Shown here piece by piece: positions 13,667 through 24,586 of a DNA stretch of 64,000 bases. Under the pieces are notes generated by a model. That model was not told where the DNA came from, did not search any database, and saw only the letters and a program-made list of their open reading frames with translations. The position numbers and the translations under genes are program-made. The DNA is from Sphingobacteriia bacterium RIFOXYC2_FULL_35_18 (GTDB lineage: Bacteria > Bacteroidota > Bacteroidia > Chitinophagales > Chitinophagaceae): contig MIAG01000001.1 in assembly GCA_001829005.1 (NCBI GenBank), positions 709,007-773,006 of the forward strand, read 5' to 3'. Numbering within the stretch: position 1 is the first letter of the stretch; every line of letters begins with the position of its first letter.

Positions 13667-16372
13667 TTACATTATAGGCCTCAACCATTTCTCCGCTGTG
13701 GCTTCGTCCATGCCTTTGCGGGCAGCATAGTCTTTAAATTGGTCTTGCTCAATTTTGCCAATTCCAAAATACTGACTCTGCGGATGCGAAAAATACCAAC
13801 CACAAACTGATGATGCTGGATACATGGCCAAGCTTTCCGTTAAAGAGATGCCCGCATTGTCTTGTGCGCTTAACAAATCGAATAACTTGTATTTCTCTGT
13901 ATGATCAGGGCAAGCTGGATAGCCTGGTGCGGGGCGTATGCCCTTGTATTGTTCTTTAATTAATTCTTCTGGGCTTAATTGTTCTTGTGCGTCATAGCCC
14001 CAATATTCTTTACGTGTATGCAAGTGCAACGCTTCTGCAAATGCTTCTGCAAATCGATCGGCCAATGCTTGCAACATAATTTTATTGTAGTCGTCGTGTG
14101 CCGCTTCAAATTTTTCTAAATGTGGTTCTATGCCATGAATGCTTACCGCAAATGCACCAATATGATCTTTTTTATTGGCAGTTGCTGGGCTGATAAAATC
14201 GGCTAAAGATAAATTAGGTTGTCCGGGTGCTTTCTTGATTTGTTGGCGATGAAAACTCAATTGCACTTTGTTATTTCCTGTACGTACTTCTACATCGTCA
14301 TGGTTGCTGGCTGCTTCCCAAAATCCTATCACACCTTTTGCCGTTAACCATTTTTCTGCAATGATTTTATCTAACAAAGCATTGGCATCATTGTACAATT
14401 TGGTGGCTTCTGTTCCTACCACTTCATCGGTTAAGATGGCTGGAAAATTGCCATGCATTTCCCATGTGATGAAAAACGGTTTCCAATCTATGAATGTTCT
14501 TAACTCATTCAAATCGTAATTATCAAATACTTTGGTGCCTGTAAAGCTAGGCGTAGGGGGAGTATAACTGTCCCAATCAATGGCCACTTTATTTTTCAAT
14601 GCCTCTGCATAGGGTAGGTATTGCTTTACGGATTTTTTGTTGTCGAATCCTTCTTTTAGTTTGCTATACTCTTGTACTAATTCATCTAAGAATGGGGTCT
14701 TTAGCTCTTTATTCAATAATGATCCTGCTACTGTTACACTTCTAGATGCATCTAGTACATGCACTACACCATTTTGGTATTCTGGCGCAATCTTAACAGC
14801 TGTATGCATTCTAGATGTGGTAGCACCTCCAATTAATAAGGGCTGTTTCATATTCCTGCGCTTCATTTCTCGCGCTATATGTACCATTTCATCTAAGGAT
14901 GGCGTAATCAATCCACTCAATCCAATGATATCTGCTTTCTCTCTTTCTGCGGCTTCTAAAATCTTATCTGCTGGTACCATTACCCCCATGTCTACTATAT
15001 CATAGCCATTACAACCTAGTACAACACCCACAATATTTTTTCCAATATCGTGTACGTCTCCTTTAACAGTGGCCAATAATATTTTTGCAGCACCAGCGGT
15101 TTCTTCATTCACTGTTCCTGCTGCCAAGTGTGCTTGTTTTCTGTCTTCTTTTTCTTGCTCTATATATGGGGTTAAAATAGCTACACTCTTCTTCATTACG
15201 CGGGCACTCTTTACCACTTGTGGTAAAAACATTTTGCCTGCTCCAAATAAATCGCCTACGATATTCATGCCATCCATCAACGGGCCTTCTATCACATCCA
15301 ATGGTCTTGGATATTTTTGTCTGGCTTCTTCTGTGTCTTCGTCTATATAATCGGTAATACCATTGATTAATGAATGTGCCAATCTTTTTTCTACTGGCTC
15401 TTTTCTCCAGGCTTCATCTTTTACTTCTACTTTGCCCTTGGCCTTAACGGTTTCTGCGTGTTGGATTAATTTTTCTGTGGCTTCATTGTTGTCGTTGTTT
15501 CTATTCAAGATCACGTCTTCACATAAAGCCCTTAGGGTGGGTTCTATTTCATCGTACACTACTAACTGCCCAGCGTTTACAATCCCCATATCCATACCCG
15601 CTTTAATGGCGTGTAATAAGAATACTGAATGGATGGCTTCTCTTACATGGTCGTTGCCTCTAAACGAAAAAGACACATTCGATACACCTCCTGAAACCTT
15701 TGCCAATGGCATCAATCGCTTGATTTCTCTGGTGGCTTCTATAAAATCTACTGCATAGTTATTGTGTTCTTCTATACCTGTTGCAATCGCAAATATATTC
15801 GGGTCGAATATGATGTCTTGTGGATCAAACCCTACTTGCTCCGTTAATATCTTGTATGCGCGATGACAGATTTCTATTTTTCTCTCCTTGGTATCTGCTT
15901 GGCCTACTTCATCAAATGCCATTACAATGACTGCTGCTCCAAAAGATTTACAAATGAAAGCTTGCTCAATGAATTTTTCTTCTCCTTCTTTCATAGAGAT
16001 GGAGTTTACAATACATTTTCCTTGCACACATTTTAATCCTGCTTCTATGATCTCAAACTTTGAGCTATCAATCATGATGGGAATGCGTGCAATATCTGGT
16101 TCACTTTGTAACAGATTTAAATAAGTGGTCATGGCACTTACGCCTTCTAACAAAGCGTCGTCCATGTTCACGTCTAATATTTGCGCGCCGCTTTCTACCT
16201 GTTGTCTAGCAACAGATAATGCTTCTTCAAATTTATTTTCTCTGATTAAGCGTGCAAATTTTTTTGAACCTGTTACATTGGTTCTTTCACCTACGTTTAC
16301 AAAATTGGTCTCTGGTCTAATAACCAAAGGTTCTAATCCGGCAAGCCTTAAATATGGTTTGATTGTACTCAT
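13667..16372 (-). CDS. metH: Methionine synthase, cobalamin-dependent (pterin-binding, B12-binding and AdoMet-activation domains)
   Basis: [11 protein letters not shown] pterin-domain start, B12 motif [11 protein letters not shown] and a C-terminal activation domain. 901 aa. Confidence 0.93.
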   Translation of the reverse strand: MSTIKPYLRLAGLEPLVIRPETNFVNVGERTNVTGSKKFARLIRENKFEEALSVARQQVESGAQILDVNMDDALLEGVSAMTTYLNLLQSEPDIARIPIMIDSSKFEIIEAGLKCVQGKCIVNSISMKEGEEKFIEQAFICKSFGAAVIVMAFDEVGQADTKERKIEICHRAYKILTEQVGFDPQDIIFDPNIFAIATGIEEHNNYAVDFIEATREIKRLMPLAKVSGGVSNVSFSFRGNDHVREAIHSVFLLHAIKAGMDMGIVNAGQLVVYDEIEPTLRALCEDVILNRNNDNNEATEKLIQHAETVKAKGKVEVKDEAWRKEPVEKRLAHSLINGITDYIDEDTEEARQKYPRPLDVIEGPLMDGMNIVGDLFGAGKMFLPQVVKSARVMKKSVAILTPYIEQEKEDRKQAHLAAGTVNEETAGAAKILLATVKGDVHDIGKNIVGVVLGCNGYDIVDMGVMVPADKILEAAEREKADIIGLSGLITPSLDEMVHIAREMKRRNMKQPLLIGGATTSRMHTAVKIAPEYQNGVVHVLDASRSVTVAGSLLNKELKTPFLDELVQEYSKLKEGFDNKKSVKQYLPYAEALKNKVAIDWDSYTPPTPSFTGTKVFDNYDLNELRTFIDWKPFFITWEMHGNFPAILTDEVVGTEATKLYNDANALLDKIIAEKWLTAKGVIGFWEAASNHDDVEVRTGNNKVQLSFHRQQIKKAPGQPNLSLADFISPATANKKDHIGAFAVSIHGIEPHLEKFEAAHDDYNKIMLQALADRFAEAFAEALHLHTRKEYWGYDAQEQLSPEELIKEQYKGIRPAPGYPACPDHTEKYKLFDLLSAQDNAGISLTESLAMYPASSVCGWYFSHPQSQYFGIGKIEQDQFKDYAARKGMDEATAEKWLRPIM

Positions 16373-16375
16373 TGT

Positions 16376-17407
16376 TTAAATGGTTGTTTCAACCACAGGT
16401 AATTGTCTGGGTTGCATTTTTCTTACGTTGTCTGCAATATGTTTAATATGATCGGGTGTTGTTCCGCAACAACCACCTACAATATTCACGAAACCTTCTT
16501 TGGCCCACTCTTCAATAAAATGTGCTGTTTCATGTGGGGCTTCATCGTATTCTCCCATGGCATTCGGTAACCCTGCATTGGGATAGGCCGATGTATAACA
16601 GGCTGCTATTTGTGATAACTCTTCTATATGACTTCTCATTTCTGCTGCACCCAATGCGCAGTTCAATCCAATGCTGATGGGGTTGGCATGTAATACCGAT
16701 GTGTAAAATGCTTCTAGTGTTTGTCCACTCAGGGTTCTGCCCGATGCATCGGTAATGGTTCCGCTGATCATGATGGGTAATTCTGGTATGCCCTTGTCTC
16801 TGAAATATTTTTTGGCTGCGTAAATGGCGCCCTTTGCATTCAGTGTATCAAATATGGTTTCAATTAATAGTATGTCTACACCACCATTAACCAATCCATC
16901 TATTTGTTCGTAATAGGCATTGGCTACTTCGTCAAATGTAACTGCTCTAAATCCTGGATTGTTTACATCGGGTGATAAGCTCAATGTTTTGTTCAATGGG
17001 CCTATGGCTCCTGCAACAAATTTGGGTCCTGTACCTGGATGTTTTTGCATGAACTCCGCTACTGCTTCGCGGGCACATTTAGCGGCGGCTACGTTCAACT
17101 CATAAGCCAAACTTTGCATATCGTAGTCTGCCATAGCAATGGTAGTACTACTGAATGTATTGGTTTCAATAATGTCTGCACCTGCTTCTAAATACAACAA
17201 GTGGATACCCTTAATAATTTGTGGTTGGGTGATGCAGAGTAAATCATTGTTACCCTTTACATCTAAATGCCAGTCTTTAAATTGCTCACCTCTGTAATCG
17301 GCTTCTGTTAATTGATGCCTTTGAATCATCGTGCCCATGGCACCATCTATTACAAGGATTCTTTTCTGGAGTTCTTCTTTTATTAGCATAGCTATTGGTT
17401 CAAACAC
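16376..17407 (-). CDS. Homocysteine S-methyltransferase domain protein (N-terminal module of a split MetH)
   Basis: [13 protein letters not shown] and [11 protein letters not shown] motifs. The track start is GTG at 17407, and an ATG at 17389 is an alternative start. Confidence 0.9.
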   Translation of the reverse strand: MFEPIAMLIKEELQKRILVIDGAMGTMIQRHQLTEADYRGEQFKDWHLDVKGNNDLLCITQPQIIKGIHLLYLEAGADIIETNTFSSTTIAMADYDMQSLAYELNVAAAKCAREAVAEFMQKHPGTGPKFVAGAIGPLNKTLSLSPDVNNPGFRAVTFDEVANAYYEQIDGLVNGGVDILLIETIFDTLNAKGAIYAAKKYFRDKGIPELPIMISGTITDASGRTLSGQTLEAFYTSVLHANPISIGLNCALGAAEMRSHIEELSQIAACYTSAYPNAGLPNAMGEYDEAPHETAHFIEEWAKEGFVNIVGGCCGTTPDHIKHIADNVRKMQPRQLPVVETTI

Positions 17408-17607
17408 TTTTAGTGATTAATTAACCAATAAACGCCAGAATGTGTGGGGGAGGTCACTTCAAACGTTTATTAGTTCTAAAAACTAACCCATAGCGGTATA
17501 GTACCGTATTGGCTAGGACCTTGGCTGAACAATAAACAAATCCACCAAAGTCGGTGCAAAGATACACCCATATTGTATTCTAGCAAAATATAGCCCTTCG
17601 TAAATGG

Positions 17608-18129
17608 CTATTGATACACTGCATTGATGTCTGCATTCACTTTTTCTGTAACTGCTGATGCATCAATATTAAAGTCTTTCATTACAATCGGAAATTTTCC
17701 TGTTGCTGAAACCTTGCCTGCTTTCAAAGTGATTAAACCGTTTACTGTTAAAGGTTTAGTTACGCCGTGTAGCGTAAGTGTTCCTTTTACAACCACTTTG
17801 TAAGTTCCATCTTTGGTAAAGTTGACTTCTTTGATATTGCTGATATTTCCTTTGAATTCTGCTCTTGGAAATTTATTGCTCTCTGCATAATCGTTGTTGA
17901 ACTTCTCTTGCATTTCTGCATACTCAAACTTAAACCCTTTAATGAGTAAGCTAAAACTCAATTGTCCATTATCGGATAATCTGCTGGCCACTTCATTGTT
18001 CACTGCTTTTACGTCTTCGTCATTGGTGGCAATGAAACTTACTTTTGCGTTGCGCGTTCCAAATAGTTTTTGTGCGTATAATTGAGTAAATCCGATGGCT
18101 AATGCGGCGAGTAATATTATTTTTTTCAT
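17608..18129 (-). CDS. YceI-family periplasmic protein
   Basis: Signal peptide plus a ~150-aa YceI-like beta-barrel sequence (TLTLHGVTKPL). Confidence 0.8.
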   Translation of the reverse strand: MKKIILLAALAIGFTQLYAQKLFGTRNAKVSFIATNDEDVKAVNNEVASRLSDNGQLSFSLLIKGFKFEYAEMQEKFNNDYAESNKFPRAEFKGNISNIKEVNFTKDGTYKVVVKGTLTLHGVTKPLTVNGLITLKAGKVSATGKFPIVMKDFNIDASAVTEKVNADINAVYQ

Positions 18130-18174
18130 ATCATCTAATTTGTTGGGGTTATTAATTTTTTGCGAAATGGGTGA

Positions 18175-18591
18175 TTACGGTACGAGTACCCCTTCGTTAA
18201 TTACTACATTCGCATCTGGTATATAGCCAGTACAAATTCCTTTGAAACGGATGGTAGTGCCGGGTTTCAGCTCTCCGGGGTTGGTTTTAAACGTACAGTT
18301 AATAACAAAAAATGCATCGTCTGTTTTAAAATTCACCACCGATTGTCCATCTTGATTGGTGCTCTGGTCTAGTACTTCTCCCTCTATTTCAATGGCTTTG
18401 TCTAGGTATTTTGTGTTGGCTGCCGCTTCATCATTTTTAAATGCTTCAAATAATGCTTGTGCCTTGATGGCTATTGCTTTTTCGGTGGTTACGTCACGGT
18501 GCGGCTTGGTGAATATTCTGTAAACGATGATCCCGCCGGTAACGGCGCCCACCAATACCAGGGTTAATATGATTTTAGTCCACTTTTTCAT
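18175..18591 (-). CDS. OB-fold (tRNA_anti-like) membrane-anchored protein
   Basis: N-terminal TM helix. The pattern AEALFEAF..DEAAAN.KYLDKAIEIEGEV is typical of the Bacteroidota tRNA_anti-like family. Confidence 0.65.
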   Translation of the reverse strand: MKKWTKIILTLVLVGAVTGGIIVYRIFTKPHRDVTTEKAIAIKAQALFEAFKNDEAAANTKYLDKAIEIEGEVLDQSTNQDGQSVVNFKTDDAFFVINCTFKTNPGELKPGTTIRFKGICTGYIPDANVVINEGVLVP

Positions 18592-18655
18592 GTGTCTGCT
18601 ATTTTAATGTTTAAACAAAGAAGTTAGGTTTTTGTTTGGAATTGGCTTTCAAAAC

Positions 18656-19270
18656 TTACTGCACATACTGCTGAACCGGTAATCGATTGGCGATGCTGCG
18701 GGCCAATGTCATTTCATCTGCATATTCCAACTCTCCCCCAAATGCTATGCCACGTGCGATGGTAGTGACTTTACATTTTAAATGGGCAATCTTTTTCTGT
18801 ATAAAATAAATGGTGGTATCCCCCTGAATATTGGGGCTAAGTGCAAATACCAGTTCATCTACTTGTTCATGGGTAATTCGGTTCACGAGCAACTCAATGC
18901 TCAACTGATCGGGGCCAATTCCATCCAAGGGCGATATAATCCCCCCCAACACATGATATGTTCCATTGAATTGCTGGGTACTTTCGATGGCTATTACATC
19001 TCTGATATTTTCTACTACACAAATGATTTGTTGATTGCGCATGGTATTGGCGCAAATGGAACAGGTTTCGCCATCACTTACATTGTTGCAGCGTTTGCAA
19101 AATTGTATATCCCTTCTCATTTTTGCAATCGTGTCTCCAAACAATGCTACATCGTTGATGTCTTGTTTTAATAAATGTAGCACCAGTCTTAACGCCGTTT
19201 TTTTTCCAATGCCGGGGAGCTTAGAAAATTGTGCTACTGCATTTTCTAATAAGGTTGATGGGAGTTGCAT
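18656..19270 (-). CDS. recR: Recombination protein RecR
   Basis: HhH LPGIGKKTA, a Cys4 zinc finger CKRCNN...CSIC and a Toprim domain. Confidence 0.92.
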   Translation of the reverse strand: MQLPSTLLENAVAQFSKLPGIGKKTALRLVLHLLKQDINDVALFGDTIAKMRRDIQFCKRCNNVSDGETCSICANTMRNQQIICVVENIRDVIAIESTQQFNGTYHVLGGIISPLDGIGPDQLSIELLVNRITHEQVDELVFALSPNIQGDTTIYFIQKKIAHLKCKVTTIARGIAFGGELEYADEMTLARSIANRLPVQQYVQ

Positions 19271-19313
19271 TATGTAAAGATAATCGGTTTACTTTGTGCT
19301 TTAGATTTTGTAT

Positions 19314-20384
19314 ATGAAGCTGCATAATTTTAATTCTGGTCCTTCCATTTTACCTCAACCCGTTTTAACCCAAGCGGCTGAAGCCGTTTTGAATTATAAT
19401 AATACTGGTTTGTCTTTGTTAGAAATTGGCCATAGAACGGCTTGGTTTCAAGAAATTTTACAAGAAGCCAAAGATTCGGTGAAGCAATTAATGGAGTTAG
19501 ACGACTCCTATGAAATCCTTTTTTTACACGGGGGAGCAACAACGCAGTTTATGCAAGTGCCTATGAATTTGCTCGACACCCATGCTACCGCAGCGTATTG
19601 CGACCATGGTGTTTGGGGCAACAAGGCTTGGAAAGAAGCCAGCTTATTTGGGAAAGTGAAAGTGGTGGCCGATAGCAGTGATCAACAATATCGTTATATT
19701 AATAAAGGGTTCGATATTCCTTCCGATGCTGCTTATTTGCATTTGACTTCTAACAATACAGTAGAAGGTACGCAGTGGCATAATTTTCCTGAAACTGCCG
19801 TGCCATTGGTGGCCGATATGAGTAGTGATATTTTTAGTAGGCCTGCCAACTACAATCGCTTCAGTTTAATTTATGCGGGTGCGCAAAAAAATATGGGTGC
19901 TGCTGGTGTGAACTTGGTGGTGGTTAAAAAAGAGATCCTAGGAAAAGTAGCGCGTACCATCCCAACGATAATGAATTATCAGAAACATATTGAAGCGGGT
20001 TCTTTAATGAATACGCCTCCTGTGTTTGCAGTTTATGTGAGTATGCTTACCCTTCGTTGGATTATTCAAGAAGGTGGGTTAGATGCAATGGGTATTCGCA
20101 ATCAAAAAAAATCATCTTTATTATACGATACCATTGATGCCAATCCTTTATTTGATGCACCGGTTGCGGTTGAAGATCGGAGTCAAATGAATGCGGTGTT
20201 CTTTTTAAAAGACCATGCATTGGAAGCGCCGTTTTTAGACCTTTGTAAAAAAGAAGGCATGATTGGTGTGAAAGGATATAGAACGGTAGGGGGTATTAGG
20301 GTGAGCATGTACAATGCTTTACCTATTGAAAGCGTAACCAGTTTTTGTGACTTGTTGCATTTCTTTACCCAAAAGCATGGGTAA
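19314..20384 (+). CDS. serC: Phosphoserine aminotransferase
   Basis: MKLHNFNSGPSILP... N-terminus and a full-length SerC-like sequence. The track ORF starts at a TTG at 19308. Confidence 0.9.
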   Translation: MKLHNFNSGPSILPQPVLTQAAEAVLNYNNTGLSLLEIGHRTAWFQEILQEAKDSVKQLMELDDSYEILFLHGGATTQFMQVPMNLLDTHATAAYCDHGVWGNKAWKEASLFGKVKVVADSSDQQYRYINKGFDIPSDAAYLHLTSNNTVEGTQWHNFPETAVPLVADMSSDIFSRPANYNRFSLIYAGAQKNMGAAGVNLVVVKKEILGKVARTIPTIMNYQKHIEAGSLMNTPPVFAVYVSMLTLRWIIQEGGLDAMGIRNQKKSSLLYDTIDANPLFDAPVAVEDRSQMNAVFFLKDHALEAPFLDLCKKEGMIGVKGYRTVGGIRVSMYNALPIESVTSFCDLLHFFTQKHG

Positions 20385-20436
20385 TATCCGATTATCATAA
20401 CTTTTCATTTAAGAATATATCACCGATATTTGCCCA

Positions 20437-21672
20437 ATGGCAATTATTAAACCTTTCAAGGCATTAAGACCTCAACCTCAACTTGCTAAACAAGTTGCGA
20501 GTTTACCTTATGATGTATTAAATAGTGTAGAAGCTAAATTGGCTGCTCAAGGAAATTCTTATTCTTTTTTGCATATCACTAAAAGTGAAATTGATTTATC
20601 GGATAAAATTGATATTCATGCACTTGAAGTATATGCACAAGCAAAAGATAATTTAGATGCTTTTATTAAGCGTGATGTATTATTTAGAGAATCTAAAGAC
20701 TGCTATTATATTTATCAGTTGGTAATGAATGGTAGAAGTCAAACGGGTTTGGTTTGTGTGAGTAGTGTGGATGATTATGAAAATGATATCATTAAAAAAC
20801 ACGAGTTTACCCGTCCTGAAAAAGAACAAGATCGCATCAATCATATTAAAACTACGGGCGCTCAAACGGGCAATGTATTTTTAGCTTATCGCAATCACGC
20901 TGCGGTGGATGCCATTATTGATCATTGGAAACAAGCCAAGTCTCCTGTGTATGATTTTACTGCTGAAGATGGTATTCAGCACAGTATTTGGATTGTAAGT
21001 GATTCTGAAATTGTTGCTTCAATAACGGCTGCATTTGAGAAAGAAATTCCTTGCACATATATTGCCGATGGTCACCATAGAGCGGCTTCTGCTGCTAAAG
21101 TGCGTCAACAAATGCAGGAGAAAGCACCTGCTGGAGCTAGTTATTTTTTAACCACCCTCTTTCCTTCGAATCAGTTGCATATCATGGATTACAACAGAGT
21201 GGTAAAAGACTTGAATGGATTATCTGTTTCGGATTTTTTAGCTGCTTTAGGAAAATCATTTGAAGTGAGTTTAGTAGGTAAACAAATGGTGAAGCCCGAA
21301 GAAATTCATACCATGGGTTTATATGTAGATGGTCAATGGTATAAACTTACTGCAAACGAAGGCACTTATTCGAATGACCCAATTGGCGTATTAGACGTAT
21401 CTATTTTACAAGAACAAATTTTGGGTCCTATCTTAGGAATTATGGATCAGCGTACCGATAAAAGAATTGATTTTGTAGGTGGTATTCGTGGTTTGGGTGC
21501 ATTAGAACAAAGAGTAGACAGTGGTGAAATGGCTGCTGCTATTAGTTTGTATCCTGTTACGATTGATCAACTTTTTGCTATTGCAGACAGTGGCAATGTA
21601 ATGCCACCGAAAAGTACTTGGTTTGAACCTAAATTAAGAGATGGTTTATTAACGCATTTAATTGCAGATTAA
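20437..21672 (+). CDS. DUF1015 domain-containing protein
   Basis: MAIIKPFKALRP start and the IADGHHR motif, both characteristic of DUF1015. Confidence 0.85.
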   Translation: MAIIKPFKALRPQPQLAKQVASLPYDVLNSVEAKLAAQGNSYSFLHITKSEIDLSDKIDIHALEVYAQAKDNLDAFIKRDVLFRESKDCYYIYQLVMNGRSQTGLVCVSSVDDYENDIIKKHEFTRPEKEQDRINHIKTTGAQTGNVFLAYRNHAAVDAIIDHWKQAKSPVYDFTAEDGIQHSIWIVSDSEIVASITAAFEKEIPCTYIADGHHRAASAAKVRQQMQEKAPAGASYFLTTLFPSNQLHIMDYNRVVKDLNGLSVSDFLAALGKSFEVSLVGKQMVKPEEIHTMGLYVDGQWYKLTANEGTYSNDPIGVLDVSILQEQILGPILGIMDQRTDKRIDFVGGIRGLGALEQRVDSGEMAAAISLYPVTIDQLFAIADSGNVMPPKSTWFEPKLRDGLLTHLIAD

Positions 21673-21678
21673 TTAAGC

Positions 21679-22695
21679 ATGAAAAAATTATTCTTTATCC
21701 TTTTTGCCTTGGTGCTGGCTGTTGGCGTAAACGCGCAAACGCCTACTGTTAAAAAGTTTCAGGAGTCTGCCATGGCACTGATGCAACAAGGTGATTTTAC
21801 CAATGCCATGGTTGCACTTGAAAAAGCCAAAGCCATTGAGCCGCAAAATTTAGAGACGATCAAGAATATTTCTTTCTGTTTTTATTTACAACGGGAATTT
21901 GCGCAAGCAATTGATGCGGGTAAAATTGCCATTGAATTACCCAATGCAGATCAGCAAAGTTTTCAAATTTTAGGATTGTCTTATAAGTCTATTGCAGACT
22001 ATTCCGCGGCCAATAAAATCTACAAACGTGCATTGAAAAAATTTCCGGATGGGGGAGTGATTTACAGTGAATACGGGGAAAGCTTATTGCAAGAAAACAA
22101 AAAAGACGAAGCCATTGCAACCTGGGAAAAAGGGATAGAATTAGCTCCTTCTTATAGCGGTAATTATTACAATGCGGCTAAATATTATTATAAAGAAATG
22201 AATTGGATCAGGGTATTGATTCATGGAGAACTATTTGTGAATTTGGAGAGTTACTCTGCTAGAACCAATGAGGTAAAAAAAGCCATGTTGGATGCCTATA
22301 AAAATATGTTAAGGCCCATTGTTAAAACGCCTTACCATTTGATTCCTAAATATGCCGATTTTGAAAAGAAGCAATTGGATATTTATGAAAAGACCAAGCA
22401 ACAAGTAGCAGAAGGGTTAACCATTGATCATATTGGTAGTATTAGAACCCGTTTGCTCATGGAATGGATGTCGGACAATGCTAAACTCTATCCTTATCAA
22501 TTGTTCTCGCACTGGCAACATATGATTAGAGAAGGCATTTTTGAAGCCTATAATCAATGGTTATTTGGAGCTTCTTTTGGTGAAGAAGCTTACCAAAAAT
22601 GGCTTAGTACACATGCGGAAGAAGCCAAAAAATTTACGGATTTTCAGCAAAGCAGAATTTATCGACAGCCAGGCGGTCAGTATTATTTAAACTAG
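21679..22695 (+). CDS. Secreted TPR-repeat protein
   Basis: Signal peptide followed by TPR-like repeats (AMALMQQGDFTNAMVALEKA...). Confidence 0.7.
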   Translation: MKKLFFILFALVLAVGVNAQTPTVKKFQESAMALMQQGDFTNAMVALEKAKAIEPQNLETIKNISFCFYLQREFAQAIDAGKIAIELPNADQQSFQILGLSYKSIADYSAANKIYKRALKKFPDGGVIYSEYGESLLQENKKDEAIATWEKGIELAPSYSGNYYNAAKYYYKEMNWIRVLIHGELFVNLESYSARTNEVKKAMLDAYKNMLRPIVKTPYHLIPKYADFEKKQLDIYEKTKQQVAEGLTIDHIGSIRTRLLMEWMSDNAKLYPYQLFSHWQHMIREGIFEAYNQWLFGASFGEEAYQKWLSTHAEEAKKFTDFQQSRIYRQPGGQYYLN

Positions 22696-22713
22696 TTATT
22701 CAAGATAGTTGTT

Positions 22714-22740
22714 AAGCCAGTGCAAACTGGCTTTTTTATT
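22714..22740 (+). terminator. Rho-independent terminator
   Basis: aagccagt-gcaa-actggctt followed by TTTTTaTTTg. Confidence 0.75.
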
Positions 22741-22801
22741 TGTTTTTATTTGCCTAATTTGACTGTCTAAATAAAGTGAATTCACTTTAAACGATTGCAT
22801 T

Positions 22802-24586
22802 ATGAATACGAAGCGTTTATTTGATGCGGTGGCTCATCAGTTGGAAAATTTTCCTAAGAATGATATGTTGGCTGCCAAAGAAAATGGGAAATGGAAAACC
22901 TATAGTACCCAACAAGTAGCGGATACAGTTAATAAATTAAGTGCTGGTTTGGTTTCATTGGGTGTTAAAGCCAATGATTTTACTCCTGAGTCGAGCGATA
23001 AAATTGCTATTATCAGCAATAATAGACCTGAGTGGGTTTTTACAGATCTGGCTGTTCAGCAAGTAGGGGGCATATTGGTTCCTGTTTATCCTACAACCAA
23101 TCCCAACGAATTGGCGTTTATTTTAAATGATGCTGCTGTTAAATTCATCTTTGTAAGTAGTGAAGATTTATTGTTGAAAGTGCAAAGCATTATCGATAAA
23201 GTTCCCTCTATTCAAGGGATTTACACTTTTGATAGTATTGCTGGTGCAAAGCATTGGACCGAAGTAACTGCATTAGCAACCGATGAATTATTGGCTCAAG
23301 TGGATACTATAAAAAAACAAGTTCCTGCTGAACAGTTGGCTACCATTATTTATACTTCTGGTACTACAGGTACTCCTAAAGGGGTAATGCTGTCCCATTC
23401 TAATATTTACACGAATGTGCAGTTTAGTAAAAAGAGTTTTCCTTTTAATGATGCACCTGAATCTAAAGTGCTTAGTTTCTTACCCTTGAATCATATTTTT
23501 GAAAAGACCTGTACCTATATCTACTTATACAGCGGCATCAGTATTTATTATGCGGAAAGCCTTGAAACCATTGGTGATAATTTAAAAGAAATTAAGCCCA
23601 ATGGATTTACTACGGTTCCTCGATTACTTGAAAAAGTGTTCGAAAAAATCATGGCAAAGGGTAGTGAGTTAACTGGCACCAAACGAAAATTGTTTTTCTG
23701 GGCAGTTGACTTAGCAGAAAAATACGATAACAGAGTAAGTGGAGGTGCTTGGTATAATTTACAATTGGCCATTGCCAATAAATTGATCTTCTCTAAATGG
23801 AGAGAAGCATTGGGTGGTAATATTTCCTTTATAATTACTGGTGGTGCTGCCTGTCAGGTAAAACTGTTGCGCATTTTTAATGCTGCGGGAGTGCCTGTTT
23901 ACGAAGGATATGGTCCAACAGAAAACAGTCCAGTTATTTGTGTAAACAGACAAGAGAAAGGCGGAACCAAATTTGGAACAGTAGGGCCTCCAATTGAAGG
24001 CATTCAAGTGAAGTTGGCTGAAGACGGTGAAATCATGGTAACAGGTCCTTGTGTAATGAAGGGGTATTATAAACGCCCAGATCTTACGGCAGAAACCATG
24101 AAAGATGAGTGGTTACTTACAGGTGATATTGGTGTATGGGATGAAGGCAAATTTTTAAAAATAACCGACCGTAAAAAAGAACTCTTTAAAACCAGTGGTG
24201 GCAAATATGTTGCGCCTCAACCCATTGAGAATAAATTAAAAGAGAGTCCATTTGTAGAGCAAGTAATGGTGGTGGGATCGGAGCGCAAGTTTGTTGGAGC
24301 ACTAATTGTTCCTTCTTTTGCTACGCTTAAAGAATGGATGCGCGAGAAAGGTATTCCTTATACTACCAATGAAGATGTGATTCATCATCCTAAAGTATTA
24401 GAACTCTATCGTGAATTGGTAGAGAGCTTTAATAAATTCTTTAATCATGTTGAACAGATTAAGAAGTTTGAATTATTGCCAAGAGAATGGACAGTAGACA
24501 CAGGAGAAATGACACCTAAATTAAGTTTGAAGCGAAAAGTAGTGAATGAGAAATTTAAAGACGCCATAGAAAGAATCTATGCCTGA
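22802..24586 (+). CDS. AMP-dependent synthetase / long-chain-fatty-acid--CoA ligase
   Basis: AMP-binding motif IYTSGTTGTPKGVMLSH plus the GYGPTE and TGDIG motifs. Confidence 0.88.
   Translation: MNTKRLFDAVAHQLENFPKNDMLAAKENGKWKTYSTQQVADTVNKLSAGLVSLGVKANDFTPESSDKIAIISNNRPEWVFTDLAVQQVGGILVPVYPTTNPNELAFILNDAAVKFIFVSSEDLLLKVQSIIDKVPSIQGIYTFDSIAGAKHWTEVTALATDELLAQVDTIKKQVPAEQLATIIYTSGTTGTPKGVMLSHSNIYTNVQFSKKSFPFNDAPESKVLSFLPLNHIFEKTCTYIYLYSGISIYYAESLETIGDNLKEIKPNGFTTVPRLLEKVFEKIMAKGSELTGTKRKLFFWAVDLAEKYDNRVSGGAWYNLQLAIANKLIFSKWREALGGNISFIITGGAACQVKLLRIFNAAGVPVYEGYGPTENSPVICVNRQEKGGTKFGTVGPPIEGIQVKLAEDGEIMVTGPCVMKGYYKRPDLTAETMKDEWLLTGDIGVWDEGKFLKITDRKKELFKTSGGKYVAPQPIENKLKESPFVEQVMVVGSERKFVGALIVPSFATLKEWMREKGIPYTTNEDVIHHPKVLELYRELVESFNKFFNHVEQIKKFELLPREWTVDTGEMTPKLSLKRKVVNEKFKDAIERIYA

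Noticed and set aside
13158-16379. Numerous 60-130-aa ORFs antisense to the AAA ATPase and metH genes (for example 13158..13499, 14637..15005, 15363..15758, 16125..16379). Similar antisense ORFs occur inside ilvD, thrA, actB, the VKOR fusion (3201..4099) and others.
   Set aside because: They are frame shadows of long, well-supported genes on the opposite strand. They have low-complexity Ser/Leu/Phe-rich translations and no independent signals.
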